Assembly (NCBI GenBank): GCA_964349135.1
Contig: CAYGFK010000001.1
Span: forward strand, 10,717-74,716
DNA: 64,000 nt
Reading direction: 5' to 3'
From: an uncultured Candidatus Saccharibacteria bacterium
GTDB lineage: Bacteria > Patescibacteriota > Minisyncoccia > Phycocordibacterales > DSPV01
Position 1 is the first letter of the stretch. Each line of letters opens with the position of its first letter. Shown piece after piece: positions 46,056-56,245 of the stretch. The position numbers were made by a program, and so were the translations under genes. Below the pieces are notes generated by a model that saw nothing but the letters and a program-made list of their open reading frames with translations, did not search any database and was not told where the DNA came from.

Positions 46056-47456
46056 ATGGATTCGTACGGTAAATTTATTACACGAGAATTGCCGAGCCCA
46101 CCACACTGGAGTAAGGCGCTTGGTGTGGGTATTGTCGTCATGGGGCTTGCAATCGGAACCGGTGAGCTTATTCTCTGGCCTCACCTTATTGCAAAGCATG
46201 GACTCTCTCTTCTGTGGGCCGCGCTCGTCGGTATTACGTTCCAATATTTCATCAATCAAGAAGTGGCGAGGCATGCACTGGCGACTGGGGAAAGTTTTTT
46301 CACTTCAAGTTCACGTGTCGTAGGGTGGCTTCCGCCTTTTTGGCTCGGTTCAGCCGTCCTACTCTATATTTGGCCGGGGTGGGCGGCCGCACTTGGTACG
46401 ACGCTTAAAGAGTTGTTCGGGTTTGGGCACTATCTTGGATGGGCCACGGCCAGCTTGGCGCTGATTTTAATTCTTACCTTCACCGGTCGGGCCGCGTACA
46501 CCGTCCTTGAGAGGACACTCAAGATTGTCGTACCCGTCTTTTTCGTCTTACTTGTCATTACGAGCTTTTTGACGCTTTCCTTCTCTGATATCCAGGAGGC
46601 CTTCTCTGGGTTGCTGAATTTCGGTCATTTCCCAGAAGATATTGATATGTCTGTGCTTCTCGGTGCCATTGTTTTTGCCGGAGCCGGCGGCCTCTTAAAC
46701 CTTTGTGTATCACTTTGGTATCGAGATAAACAAATTGGTATGGGTGCGTACGCGGGTCGCATTCTCAACCCGATTACAGGGAAAACGGTGTCAGCTTCTT
46801 TTGAGGGATATAGGTTTGAACCAACTGAAGAAAATCTTTCCCGATGGAAGAAATGGATGTCTTTTGTACGAATCGACCAGGGAGTCATCTTTTGGTTCTT
46901 AGGATTGATTACACTGGTCCTTTTGAGTTTAAACGCCTATGTGGTACTGACGCCACTTGGTTTAGTTCCCGAAGGATTGCAGGTTGCTGTCGTGCAAGCG
47001 GAGATTTTTGGCGCCAATTGGGGGCGATTCGGTTTCGACCTGTTTTTGGTCATGGCGTTTCTCATGCTTTTTTCGGTTATGTGGACGGTGGTTGATGCAT
47101 TCACACGTATTGTCTCCGACATTCTTTATGTAAACGCGCGAACCGGCCCATTTTATTCACGTCTATCATGGCTTTCTCGTGTTCCGCTTAGCACGCTCTA
47201 CTATACGCTCATTGTCGGGATTGTCCTTGCGAGCACGCTTCTGCTTTCTTTTGAGCAACCGCTCGTACTTCTGACGACGAGCGCTGTACTTGGGGGGCTT
47301 ACCATGGCTGTCTATACGCCGATGCTTTTGTATCTGAATAATCGACGTCTGCCAAAAGAAGTGAGGCCGGGATTTTTCAGCAACGCAATGCTCGTTCTCG
47401 CATCCCTTTTTTACATAAGCTTTTCGGCGTATATTTTGGTAACCACATTTACATAA
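46056..47456 (+). CDS. Divergent Nramp-family transporter (11 TM) without the canonical DPGN/MPH metal-site motifs
   Basis: TM1 region LAIGTGELILWPHL...SLLW aligns with MntH IDPGNFATNIQAGA...LLW. The TM6 region is AGAGG instead of MPH. Confidence 0.55.
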   Translation: MDSYGKFITRELPSPPHWSKALGVGIVVMGLAIGTGELILWPHLIAKHGLSLLWAALVGITFQYFINQEVARHALATGESFFTSSSRVVGWLPPFWLGSAVLLYIWPGWAAALGTTLKELFGFGHYLGWATASLALILILTFTGRAAYTVLERTLKIVVPVFFVLLVITSFLTLSFSDIQEAFSGLLNFGHFPEDIDMSVLLGAIVFAGAGGLLNLCVSLWYRDKQIGMGAYAGRILNPITGKTVSASFEGYRFEPTEENLSRWKKWMSFVRIDQGVIFWFLGLITLVLLSLNAYVVLTPLGLVPEGLQVAVVQAEIFGANWGRFGFDLFLVMAFLMLFSVMWTVVDAFTRIVSDILYVNARTGPFYSRLSWLSRVPLSTLYYTLIVGIVLASTLLLSFEQPLVLLTTSAVLGGLTMAVYTPMLLYLNNRRLPKEVRPGFFSNAMLVLASLFYISFSAYILVTTFT

Positions 47457-47468
47457 TCAAGACAACCT

Positions 47469-47927
47469 ATGTTGATAGACCCTATTCATGTCTCAAGTAA
47501 GGTATTCAGCGCAGGTGGCGCTATCCCGCCTTCGTATACGTGTGACGGAAATGATGTTTTTCCTCCGCTTGAGATTCGTTCGCTTCCGGAGGGCGTGGTA
47601 ACTCTCGCGCTTGTTATGGATGACCCGGATTCGCCGAGTGGCACGTGGGACCACGTCATTCTCTTCAATATAAAACCGGATGCCGTTTTTGCTGAAGGTA
47701 TGGTGCCGGAAGGAATTTACGGAACAAACAGTTGGGGTAGAACAGATTGGGGAGGTCCGTGCCCTGGAGACGGTGTGCACCGATACTTCTTCAAGGTGTA
47801 CGCGTTGAATAAAAGGATTTCTCTCAAGAAAGGCGCATCGAAATCGGACTTGCTTGTGGCAATGGAAGGACACATTATCGGCTACGGTGAACTTATGGGC
47901 ACCTATGCTCGAACTTCTGATGATTGA
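47469..47927 (+). CDS. PEBP-family protein (YbhB/YbcL-like)
   Basis: DDPDSPSGTWDHVILFNI and GVHRYFFKVYALN motifs. Confidence 0.85.
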   Translation: MLIDPIHVSSKVFSAGGAIPPSYTCDGNDVFPPLEIRSLPEGVVTLALVMDDPDSPSGTWDHVILFNIKPDAVFAEGMVPEGIYGTNSWGRTDWGGPCPGDGVHRYFFKVYALNKRISLKKGASKSDLLVAMEGHIIGYGELMGTYARTSDD

Positions 47928-47939
47928 AAACCGATTGCA

Positions 47940-48179
47940 ATGAGACGCCTTATTAAAGTAAAAGTTGTTTCAGACGCTCGTAAGGAGTCGGTAGTTGTTC
48001 GTTCGCCTGATTCATATACCGTCTCAGTTCGGGCGCCTGCTGAAGCGGGACAGGCTAATCGGCGAGTACTCCACCTTCTTAGGCAATACTTCGGGTCTGG
48101 AACTTTGATGCGCATTGTCTCCGGACACCATAAGCCCGGGAAGATTGTATCTCTTGAGGCAGGAGAAAGGAGGATTTGA
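47940..48179 (+). CDS. DUF167 / YggU-family protein
   Basis: 79 aa. ...AEAGQANRRVLHLL...G resembles UPF0235. Confidence 0.6.
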   Translation: MRRLIKVKVVSDARKESVVVRSPDSYTVSVRAPAEAGQANRRVLHLLRQYFGSGTLMRIVSGHHKPGKIVSLEAGERRI

Positions 48180-48194
48180 TATACTGGAAGGACT

Positions 48195-48575
48195 ATGCGA
48201 TTACATATAAAAACAACGAATATCCCGTCCACTCCCGAGCTCACTGAGTACCTCGAAAGACGTCTCTCTGCGCTCGACAAGCTTACGGTCCACCATGAAG
48301 AAGAGGTAATTGTTGATGTTGAAGTCGGGCAGACAACCCGCCACCATCAATCTGGGGATATCTATCGAGCGGAAATAAATGTTACAATCGGTAAAACGGT
48401 CTTTCGGGCCGTACAGGAAACTGAGGACCTTTTCACATCGATTGACGTGGCTAAAGACCAGATGCTCGGAGAGCTCCGTTCATTCAAAGGGAAACGAATC
48501 TCTCTCGCACGGCGCGGCGGGCAGAAGATAAAGGCATTGATGCGCCGTTTACCATGGTGGAGAAATAACACATAA
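48195..48575 (+). CDS. hpf: Ribosome hibernation-promoting factor (RaiA/HPF, short form)
   Basis: MRLHIKTTNIPSTPELTEYLERRLSALDK is a canonical S30AE N-terminus. Confidence 0.85.
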   Translation: MRLHIKTTNIPSTPELTEYLERRLSALDKLTVHHEEEVIVDVEVGQTTRHHQSGDIYRAEINVTIGKTVFRAVQETEDLFTSIDVAKDQMLGELRSFKGKRISLARRGGQKIKALMRRLPWWRNNT

Positions 48576-48777
48576 CTATATGGGAGGAATGCTCAATCGC
48601 CAGTTCTCGTCTCTCTCGTCGCTTGTGATGCTCTTAATGCTATCGCTCGGTACCGCATGGCTCTTTTCGGTTGCCGCACATACCAACGACTTCATTGAGG
48701 ACATTATGGCATCTCAGGGTGAAGTGGTGAGTTACGGCCAGTCGGCGCGTGCTTCAAGTACGCTCTTGCGGTAAGAG

Positions 48778-49632
48778 TTAGGATGAAAGATTTCCCCGGA
48801 GAAAATCCTGATAAGGCATTTCTCTTTTGTTTTCAGGTATAACGCTCTGTGGCTCGAACCCTCCTTCTGTCGTGAGTTTGGCATCAGTGATTTTTACTCG
48901 CAGGTCCCGCCCTTTTCGTGTTGCGATGAAATAGACGCCGGGCGATGACCGGTACGCCTTAAAACGCCTCCAGTTTTCGTTTGCGTCCATAGTGAGGTCG
49001 ATGAAGCCGTCCTCCTTAGTTATTTTCTTTGTGAAGGTTGCCTGTTCATGTTCTTGCTCTTCTGCGCGAAGGGTTCCCTCAATCCATTTTGGCAGAAGGT
49101 CTGCATACAGTTGCGCTCCTGTTATCGCGAGTACGGATTCAGCCTCATCTGCATCAGGGGTGTTTTCGAACGCTATCGCTTTGCATCCAAGGGTTGGTCC
49201 GTGGTCCATCTTATGGTCGAGCTTCATGACACAAACACCGAGTTCGCCCCCTTCTCTGATGGCTGTCCTGATAGGGGACGCTCCTCGATATTTTGGGAGG
49301 AGTGACGGGTGAATATTGAGAACACCATGTGGCGGGATATCGAGAATGTGTGGCGGGAGGAGTTTCCCGTATTCTGCGACCAGAAAGACGTCCGCCCCCA
49401 CTTCACGCAATGTTTTTTCCACGCTCTCATCTCTCAGGGTTTCGGGTTGGAGAGAGGGGATGGCATGCTGTGTTGCCCATATTTTTACGGGAGGAGAAGT
49501 GAGTGCGTGCCCCCGACCTTTCGGCTTGTCGGTTTCGGTGACAACGAGTGTCGGGAGTATTCCGCGTGCTTTGAGTGTCTCAAGAACGGTGACAGCGAAG
49601 TCTGCGGTACCAAAAAATATCATTGAGGTCAT
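48778..49632 (-). CDS. fmt: Methionyl-tRNA formyltransferase
   Basis: MIFFGTADFAV..., the SLLPKYRG motif and a C-terminal domain. Start taken at the internal Met; the track ORF extends upstream across the def stop. Confidence 0.9.
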   Translation of the reverse strand: MTSMIFFGTADFAVTVLETLKARGILPTLVVTETDKPKGRGHALTSPPVKIWATQHAIPSLQPETLRDESVEKTLREVGADVFLVAEYGKLLPPHILDIPPHGVLNIHPSLLPKYRGASPIRTAIREGGELGVCVMKLDHKMDHGPTLGCKAIAFENTPDADEAESVLAITGAQLYADLLPKWIEGTLRAEEQEHEQATFTKKITKEDGFIDLTMDANENWRRFKAYRSSPGVYFIATRKGRDLRVKITDAKLTTEGGFEPQSVIPENKREMPYQDFLRGNLSS

Positions 49633-49633
49633 A

Positions 49634-50182
49634 TTATTTTTCGAAATCCTCAGGATGAACTTCCTGGATATCTCGGGCTTTATCAATAAATAATATACCG
49701 TTGAGGTGGTCGGTTTCATGCTGGAATACTTGAGCAAGTAGGCCCGAGGCTCCTCGGGTGAACCGTTCTCCGTTCTCGTCGTACGCTTCAATGGTTGTCT
49801 TGGTTGCGCGTTCCACCTTACCGTAGAGCCATCGTACCGAGAGACATCCTTCCTCCATCCACGTTTTTTTCTTTGAAAGCCGTGTAATGCGAGGATTGAT
49901 GAATACCATATCTTTCGACGTTGATGGTTCCGAGAAGACCTCGCTTTTTTTACTGTTCCTGAGTTCGTCCTCTATGTCGAAGACTCTCTTCGACACAACG
50001 AAGATTCGCAATGTTTCTCCTATCTGCGGAGCGGCAATGGCAACGCCGTCCGGTTGTTCCTCAACGGCCTTCTTCATCTCCGAGATAATGCGTTGCAGGC
50101 GTGGAGACCCTATCTCTTCGATAGGGACTTCTTTGGATACCTCTCGCAAGGCATGATGGTCTTTTCCGACAATATTCGACAT
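49634..50182 (-). CDS. def: Peptide deformylase
   Basis: GIAAPQIG, EGCLSV, HETDHLNG motifs. Confidence 0.92.
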   Translation of the reverse strand: MSNIVGKDHHALREVSKEVPIEEIGSPRLQRIISEMKKAVEEQPDGVAIAAPQIGETLRIFVVSKRVFDIEDELRNSKKSEVFSEPSTSKDMVFINPRITRLSKKKTWMEEGCLSVRWLYGKVERATKTTIEAYDENGERFTRGASGLLAQVFQHETDHLNGILFIDKARDIQEVHPEDFEK

Positions 50183-50214
50183 AGGTTCATTATATAGTCT
50201 ATTGAAGATGATTT

Positions 50215-52095
50215 TTATGTAAAGCTCTCCGGGTCTACCGATAATTCTGCCGATGGGGGAAGTGAGCGGAGTATTGAGAGAATTCGTTCATTGGGCCACT
50301 CTTTTGCGGGTATCTTCATGACGCCGGATAGACCAGATTTGTTCTTTGCTTGTTTAAGAAAGACCGGGAAGATGTCTATTTCTTGAGGTGCAAGCGCTTG
50401 GACAAGTGCGTGCATCTCTTTACTGATTACCTCTTTCTGGCCGGAAAGGGTTATCTTTATCGGCACGGAAAATGGGGGATAGAGTAGTGTTTTGCGTAGT
50501 GCCAATTCGCCCTGAAAGAACGAGCTCAGGCTTCCTTCCGCAAAACTTGCAAGCGCATGAGAGTTTTCTGTTCGTGTTTGAATGATAAATTCTCGTTCCG
50601 CGAATTCAATTAAGTTTCCAAGGAGATAGCTGACACGTTCGTTTATGCGAAAATCAGGTATTGAGAAGAGTTCGTCAATCGAGGCGATAGCAACTGTACC
50701 CACGGGAGCTAAGAGATACGGGAGCATGAATTCGGTTCCAACAAGAACACTTCCGGGGGAGTTATAAAATTTCTCGATAAGCGCTTTCGCCTGTTTTCTG
50801 TTGGTTACCGATTCAGAATCCATTCTGATGACGACAAGGTCGTCGAAGACCTCATGGAGTTCTCGTTCGACGAGTTCAGTCCCGATGCCGAACGTGGCGA
50901 GTTTCCAACTGTTGCAGGAGGCGCACCTAATCGACGCATCTATTTTTTCTCCGCACCGGTGACAGAGGAAAAACCGGTTTTTTTCAGAAGTTCCGTGAAG
51001 TACGGTCGGGTGACCACATACGCTACAGGAAAGCAGGGTGCCACAATCTCCGCATATGGTTGTTGGGGCGAGCCCTTTTCTCCCGGCAAATACAATGACA
51101 CGGTCTGCAGAGGCTCGAGCGGTACGTATCTTTTCAATGAGTTCATCCGAGAGTGCGCGAGGCACACCTTTCAGACTTGGTTTATACGGCTTCATGTCGA
51201 TAAGGGAGACTCGAGATTTGGTGCTACGTCTCCATTTCAGCGGGACGAGTTCATCGATTTCATGCTCGTAGTACCGTTCAATAAGCGCGCTTGATAAAAT
51301 GGTATCTCCGAAAATGAGGCGTGCATGGGCGTGCCGGGCGTACGTACGTATGAAGAAACGGAAATCGATGAAAGGTCGGTTTCGTTGTTTATATGACGCA
51401 GAATTCTCGCGCTCTACGATAATGGTCCCGGCGCGGTCTGCGGCAATGCCGATGAATCCGGGAGTTGAGACCATAAGGAGCGGATGCGTTTCTTTATATA
51501 TTCGTTCGATATCAAGTGTCAGTGCGCGTAGTGTCTTTTTGCTGTGCAGCAGGAGCGAATACTCTTCGATACCTTTTGAGAGTTTTTCGAGAGCCGTTTC
51601 TGCTTCTTGTATCGTCGGGACGAGGAAGAGCACAGACTCTTTATGCCTGAATGCTTCGCGGATGAGAGAGCGGTATTGGCTGAACCTCTCCTCACTGTCG
51701 TTTTGGATTGCCTGCAGGGTCGGACGGGCAGTAGGCGCCGGCTCATGACGGGCTTCCGGGATTTTTTTGATGAGATTGAGCGGAAGAAGCGCGGTAAGTG
51801 TCGCTCCGAACGGAGCCGCATAGAATCGAGAGGTCTCCCGGGCTGCGGTAATGAAGGCGTCGCTTGAGAAACGCGGAGAGATGATTTTCCCAACTTTCTT
51901 CATTGAGAATGACGACGATTTAATTGACGTCTTTTCTTCACGGGCCTTTTTTGCCCCGATAACGAGTCCTGTCACGCTCTTCGAGCGAAGAGGGATATGC
52001 ACAAGACTGCCGATAGGTATTTCCTGCGCGCTGAAATACGTGAGGGTGTCGGCCCACACGCTTTTCTCGAGCGGGATGACCTCTATAATATGCAT
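50215..52095 (-). CDS. priA: Primosomal protein N' (replication restart helicase)
   Basis: Helicase core and Zn-binding CGDCGTLLSCSVCGHP...CHRCG...CASCNS. Confidence 0.9.
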   Translation of the reverse strand: MHIIEVIPLEKSVWADTLTYFSAQEIPIGSLVHIPLRSKSVTGLVIGAKKAREEKTSIKSSSFSMKKVGKIISPRFSSDAFITAARETSRFYAAPFGATLTALLPLNLIKKIPEARHEPAPTARPTLQAIQNDSEERFSQYRSLIREAFRHKESVLFLVPTIQEAETALEKLSKGIEEYSLLLHSKKTLRALTLDIERIYKETHPLLMVSTPGFIGIAADRAGTIIVERENSASYKQRNRPFIDFRFFIRTYARHAHARLIFGDTILSSALIERYYEHEIDELVPLKWRRSTKSRVSLIDMKPYKPSLKGVPRALSDELIEKIRTARASADRVIVFAGRKGLAPTTICGDCGTLLSCSVCGHPTVLHGTSEKNRFFLCHRCGEKIDASIRCASCNSWKLATFGIGTELVERELHEVFDDLVVIRMDSESVTNRKQAKALIEKFYNSPGSVLVGTEFMLPYLLAPVGTVAIASIDELFSIPDFRINERVSYLLGNLIEFAEREFIIQTRTENSHALASFAEGSLSSFFQGELALRKTLLYPPFSVPIKITLSGQKEVISKEMHALVQALAPQEIDIFPVFLKQAKNKSGLSGVMKIPAKEWPNERILSILRSLPPSAELSVDPESFT

Positions 52096-53618
52096 TAGAG
52101 CTCTCGCAAAATCTTAATTTTCGCACCAAGCTTTGCGAGTCGCTCGGCGATGTCTTCGTAACCGCGATTGATGGAATAGATATTTCTGAGAATCGATGTC
52201 CCTTCTGCACCGAGCATACCGATGAGTACGATGGCTGCGGGGCGGAGCGCCGGAGGGCAGATTATCTCATTTGCTTTGAGTTTTGTCGGACCGTTGATAA
52301 AGACGCGGTGAGGGTCGGCGAGAATAATGTCGGCACCGAGGCGGTCAAGTTCTTTGTAATGAATAGCGCGCGCTTCGTAGACCCAATCATGAATGAAGGT
52401 TTGTCCTTTCGCTTGAGTTGCGATGATGGCGAAGAAGGGAAGGTTGTCTATGTTCAGACCGGGGTATGGTCGAGCTTCGATTTTTTCGTCGAGTGCGGTG
52501 AGTTTTGAAGGAAATGTCTCAATGTCGACAAGCGCGGTCTGTCCGTTCTCAGACATATACGGTTTGCTCTTTTTGAATCGAAATCCCATCTTCTTGAGTT
52601 TCAGGAGCTCAAGCTCAAGAAAATGTATCGGACAGCGTTTTATGGTCAGGTTTGATTTGGTCACGATAGCAACCGCAAGCATGAACATGGATTCAATAGG
52701 GTCTTCGCTTAGGTGGTAGCGCGCCTTCACCTCAATATCCGGTTTGCCGTGCACCACGAGCGTGGTTGTGCCTATTCCGTCTACCTGTACGCCGAGCTCA
52801 TGAAGGAAGAAACAGAGGTCCTGAATTTGATAGTTCGCCGATGCGTATTTGATGGTTGTGGTTCCTTTAAACCGTGCGGCCGCCATCAGGACGTTTTCGG
52901 TTACCGTATCGCCTGATTCGTAGAGAATGATTTCACGACTCTTTGGTTTGCCGACCGTGACTCGGTGACCGGCACCAGAGGTTTTAATAGAAACGCCAAG
53001 GTTTTCAAGAGCGTAGAAATGCGGGCGCACTGTGCGTTTGCCAAGCTTACAACCTCCCGATTGCGGAAGAAAGAAGCTTTTTGCGATATGCATCAAAGGC
53101 CCGATGAGCATGATGACACTCCGTGTTTTTTGCGCTGATGCCACATTGATTGTAGAAAGTGAGAGTTTAGACGGCGGTTTGATGATAAGGTCGCTGTTTA
53201 CCCATCGAACTGAAACACCGATAGATTGCAGAACTTCAATCATGCGATACACCTCTTCTATTCTCGGCACGCTTACGAGCGTTGTTTCTCCTTTGTTGAG
53301 GAGTGCGGCGCAAATAAGACCCATCGCGGCATTTTTCGATGTCTTTGTGGTGATAGTTCCTGAGAGTGGGTGTCCGCCTTCGATTTCGAGATTGATGGCA
53401 CCATCGCCGATATGAATGATGTCTTTATTGAGAATGTTGCTGATGCGGGAGAGGAGGGAGGCGCTGACGTTTTGCGTTCCACTCTCGATGCGAGCGACAG
53501 CGCTCTGTGTCGTACCCAGACGCTTTGCAAACGCGTCTTGAGTGACACCACGCTCTTCGCGGAGATTTTTAATCAAGGAACCCAGCACAGAGAGCTGTTT
53601 GTTAGGTTTAGTAGGCAT
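52095..53618 (-). CDS. murA: UDP-N-acetylglucosamine 1-carboxyvinyltransferase fused to an N-terminal XRE-family HTH domain
   Basis: The first ~70 aa form a Cro/C1 HTH (LREERGVTQDAFAKRLGTTQSAVARIESG). The rest aligns end-to-end with MurA, including active-site Cys (GGCKLG) and C-terminal IYSINRGYEDIAERLAKLGAKI. The ATG at 53618 follows an in-frame TTG. Confidence 0.85.
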   Translation of the reverse strand: MPTKPNKQLSVLGSLIKNLREERGVTQDAFAKRLGTTQSAVARIESGTQNVSASLLSRISNILNKDIIHIGDGAINLEIEGGHPLSGTITTKTSKNAAMGLICAALLNKGETTLVSVPRIEEVYRMIEVLQSIGVSVRWVNSDLIIKPPSKLSLSTINVASAQKTRSVIMLIGPLMHIAKSFFLPQSGGCKLGKRTVRPHFYALENLGVSIKTSGAGHRVTVGKPKSREIILYESGDTVTENVLMAAARFKGTTTIKYASANYQIQDLCFFLHELGVQVDGIGTTTLVVHGKPDIEVKARYHLSEDPIESMFMLAVAIVTKSNLTIKRCPIHFLELELLKLKKMGFRFKKSKPYMSENGQTALVDIETFPSKLTALDEKIEARPYPGLNIDNLPFFAIIATQAKGQTFIHDWVYEARAIHYKELDRLGADIILADPHRVFINGPTKLKANEIICPPALRPAAIVLIGMLGAEGTSILRNIYSINRGYEDIAERLAKLGAKIKILREL

Positions 53619-53665
53619 CAAGACATTATAGCATAGATGCTATATCTTGCATATCTGGAATCTGG
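53619..53665 (-). promoter_or_regulatory. Putative promoter with an overlapping 18-bp palindromic operator (TATAGCAT-AG-ATGCTATA, 53627-53644) immediately upstream of HTH-murA
   Basis: Minus-strand reading is ATGCAA-17-TATAAT-GTCTTG-ATG. The palindrome covers the spacer and the -10 box. Confidence 0.45.
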
Positions 53666-53929
53666 AGGTAGATTGACAGTAACACCGTATCATGTTATTA
53701 TTGCATATAGTCGGGTCAGAACCTAGTAGAGCTCTCGAATGGTCATAACCCGAAATTCACATTATTGGTTCGTCACGCCAATGTCTCCTGAGTTTAATCC
53801 AATGCGATAACCAGACGAGGTACATTGAGGCCGACGCTGTCCGCACCATACCGTGTGTGACACCGGCCTCTTTTTATTTTTTGGTAACTGGACGCACTTC
53901 ACTAAAAGCTATAAGCTAGAAGCTACTCT

Positions 53930-54943
53930 ATGGCGTTTTTCTCAAAAAAATTAGGTATTGACCTTGGTACGGCAAACACCCTCGTATTTGTTCCCGGCAA
54001 AGGAGTCATTCTCAATGAACCGTCGGTAGTCGCACTTTCCGAACCGGACCGACGAATACTTGCGGTTGGTGTTGAAGCGAAGCGCATGATTGGCAAGACG
54101 CCGGAGAGCATTATCGCGTACCGACCCATGAAGGACGGTGTGATTGCCGACTACCGAGTGACGGAGACGATGCTTCGTTATTTTATACAAAAAGCACTCG
54201 GTCGCTGGAATATTATGAAGCCGGAAGTAATGATTTCCGTGCCGGCAGGTATCACGTCAACAGAACGCCGTGCCGTTATTGAAGCGGCTATTCGTGCCGG
54301 CGCGAAAAATGCGTATGTGGTCAAAGAGCCGATTCTTGCCGCTATCGGCGCGGGTATTCCTATTCATGAACCGGTTGGCCACATGGTCGTGGATATCGGA
54401 GGTGGTACCACTGACGTTGCTGTCATTTCACTCGGTGGCATCGTGGCATCGACATCCGTGAAATGCGCCGGAAATCGAATTGATTCGGCAATCGCTGACT
54501 ATCTTAAGAAAACGTACAATCTCGCTATCGGAGACAAAATGGCGGAAGATATCAAAATACAAATCGGTTCGGCGCTTCCTCTCGAGGAAGAGCTTTCAAT
54601 GATGGTGAAGGGGAGAGATTTTGTTACCGGCCTTCCTCGTTCGACAGAGTTCAAGACGAATGAGGTTGTCAAAGCCATCGGTCGTGAATTACGCGAAATG
54701 GTGAAGGCAATACGCGAAGTGCTTCAGGAGACACCTCCGGAGCTTGCGGCAGACATCATTGAGCGTGGCATTATTATGACCGGAGGAACTTCTCAATTAC
54801 GCAATTTGCCGGAACTTATTTTCCGTCGCACGGGTGTGCCTTGTAAACTGGCGAAAGATGCGCTCTTTTGTGTTGCGCGCGGTACCGGTGTTGCTCTAGC
54901 GCATCTCGAAAGCTACAAGAAAGCCATCGTCGCCAAGCGGTAG
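53930..54943 (+). CDS. mreB: Rod-shape actin homolog MreB (copy 1, stand-alone)
   Basis: LGIDLGTANTLVFV..., DIGGGTTDVAV, ATPase core. Confidence 0.9.
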   Translation: MAFFSKKLGIDLGTANTLVFVPGKGVILNEPSVVALSEPDRRILAVGVEAKRMIGKTPESIIAYRPMKDGVIADYRVTETMLRYFIQKALGRWNIMKPEVMISVPAGITSTERRAVIEAAIRAGAKNAYVVKEPILAAIGAGIPIHEPVGHMVVDIGGGTTDVAVISLGGIVASTSVKCAGNRIDSAIADYLKKTYNLAIGDKMAEDIKIQIGSALPLEEELSMMVKGRDFVTGLPRSTEFKTNEVVKAIGRELREMVKAIREVLQETPPELAADIIERGIIMTGGTSQLRNLPELIFRRTGVPCKLAKDALFCVARGTGVALAHLESYKKAIVAKR

Positions 54944-54956
54944 TATAATAATCGAG

Positions 54957-55664
54957 ATGGCACGAGATACTATCTGGCAAGGGGTGGGGAAGAAGCCACT
55001 TGAATTGCATCACGCCTATGCTCTCGTTGGCGAGCGAAAAGCCGTTCTTGATGACGTGTACCTCTTTCTTCAGGAGGCCTTTAAGCTCGACATGAGGGGT
55101 AATCCCGATATTCATATCAGCGCATTTGATTCGCTTTCGATAGATGATAGCCGGCGCTTGAAAGATATACAGCAAAAGAGGGCGTTTAAGGATAGGAAAA
55201 TTATTGTGGCCGCATTCAATACGGCAACATCGGACGCGCAAAATGCTCTCCTCAAAGTACTTGAAGAACCGACGGCGCATACACACTTCTTTCTCATCGT
55301 GCCGAGTCTTGAGGTGCTGTTGCCCACCGTGCAGTCGCGTGTTTTTGTGGTAGAGGTCGGGGAACGACGTCCGCGCCCTGTACATTCGAAAGCAAAAGAG
55401 TTCCTCCAAGCATCTCTTCAGGTAAGACTTGAGATTGCGAAAACCTTGGCTGATTCTGTATCGGATGAAAAAATTGAACGGCAGGCGGTTATCGACTTCG
55501 TTGGCGATATTGAAGCACTTCTCGCTTCATCCGATAAGAAATCGCTCCACTATCAGGCGCTTGAGGATGTCGCACTGTGCAGGAATTATCTTGGCGACCG
55601 AGCATCGTCGGTGAAGATGTTGCTTGAGCATTTGGCAGTTGCACTACCAGTGCTGAACCTATAA
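54957..55664 (+). CDS. holB: DNA polymerase III delta' subunit-like clamp-loader protein
   Basis: AAA+ fold with SRC-like VLEEPTAH...FLIVPS...LPTVQSRVFVV and a degenerate P-loop. Confidence 0.65.
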   Translation: MARDTIWQGVGKKPLELHHAYALVGERKAVLDDVYLFLQEAFKLDMRGNPDIHISAFDSLSIDDSRRLKDIQQKRAFKDRKIIVAAFNTATSDAQNALLKVLEEPTAHTHFFLIVPSLEVLLPTVQSRVFVVEVGERRPRPVHSKAKEFLQASLQVRLEIAKTLADSVSDEKIERQAVIDFVGDIEALLASSDKKSLHYQALEDVALCRNYLGDRASSVKMLLEHLAVALPVLNL

Positions 55665-55690
55665 GATACAAGTACTAAACCCACATTACT

Positions 55691-56242
55691 ATGGCATACG
55701 ATTTCAAATCATTGAAAGAAAAAACAGGAGACGCCGAACAATGGCTTTCCAAGGAATACTCATCCATCCGTACGGGTCAGGCAACTCCGGCTGTGCTTGA
55801 TGGCGTGTTTGTCGAATCATACGGTTCGAAAATGAGTATTCAACAGCTCGCATCAGTCGGCATAGAAGGATTGAAAGTCCTTCGTATCACGCCGTATGAT
55901 ATGGAACAAGCGAAGGGGATAGAAAAAGCTATTGCGCAATCAAATTTAGGACTTTCAGTGGCAATCGACGACAAAGGTTTGCGAATCACATTTCCTGATT
56001 TAACCGCCGAGCGCCGAGCGTCATATTTAAAGATTGCTAAAGAGAAGCTCGAAGAAGCCCGAAAAAAACTTCGTGTTGCGCGTGATGAAGTGTGGAAGGA
56101 TATCCAGGAGCGTGAACGAGAAGGCACTATTCGTGAAGACGAGAAATTCCGTCTGAAAGACGAGATGCAGAAGATTATCGATGCCGCCAGTTCAAAAATC
56201 GAAGGACACCTTGAACGAAAAGAAAAGGAGATAAACGCTTAG
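55691..56242 (+). CDS. frr: Ribosome recycling factor
   Basis: SIRTGQATPAVLDGVFVESYG plus a C-terminal coiled coil. Confidence 0.9.
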   Translation: MAYDFKSLKEKTGDAEQWLSKEYSSIRTGQATPAVLDGVFVESYGSKMSIQQLASVGIEGLKVLRITPYDMEQAKGIEKAIAQSNLGLSVAIDDKGLRITFPDLTAERRASYLKIAKEKLEEARKKLRVARDEVWKDIQEREREGTIREDEKFRLKDEMQKIIDAASSKIEGHLERKEKEINA

Positions 56243-56245
56243 TCC

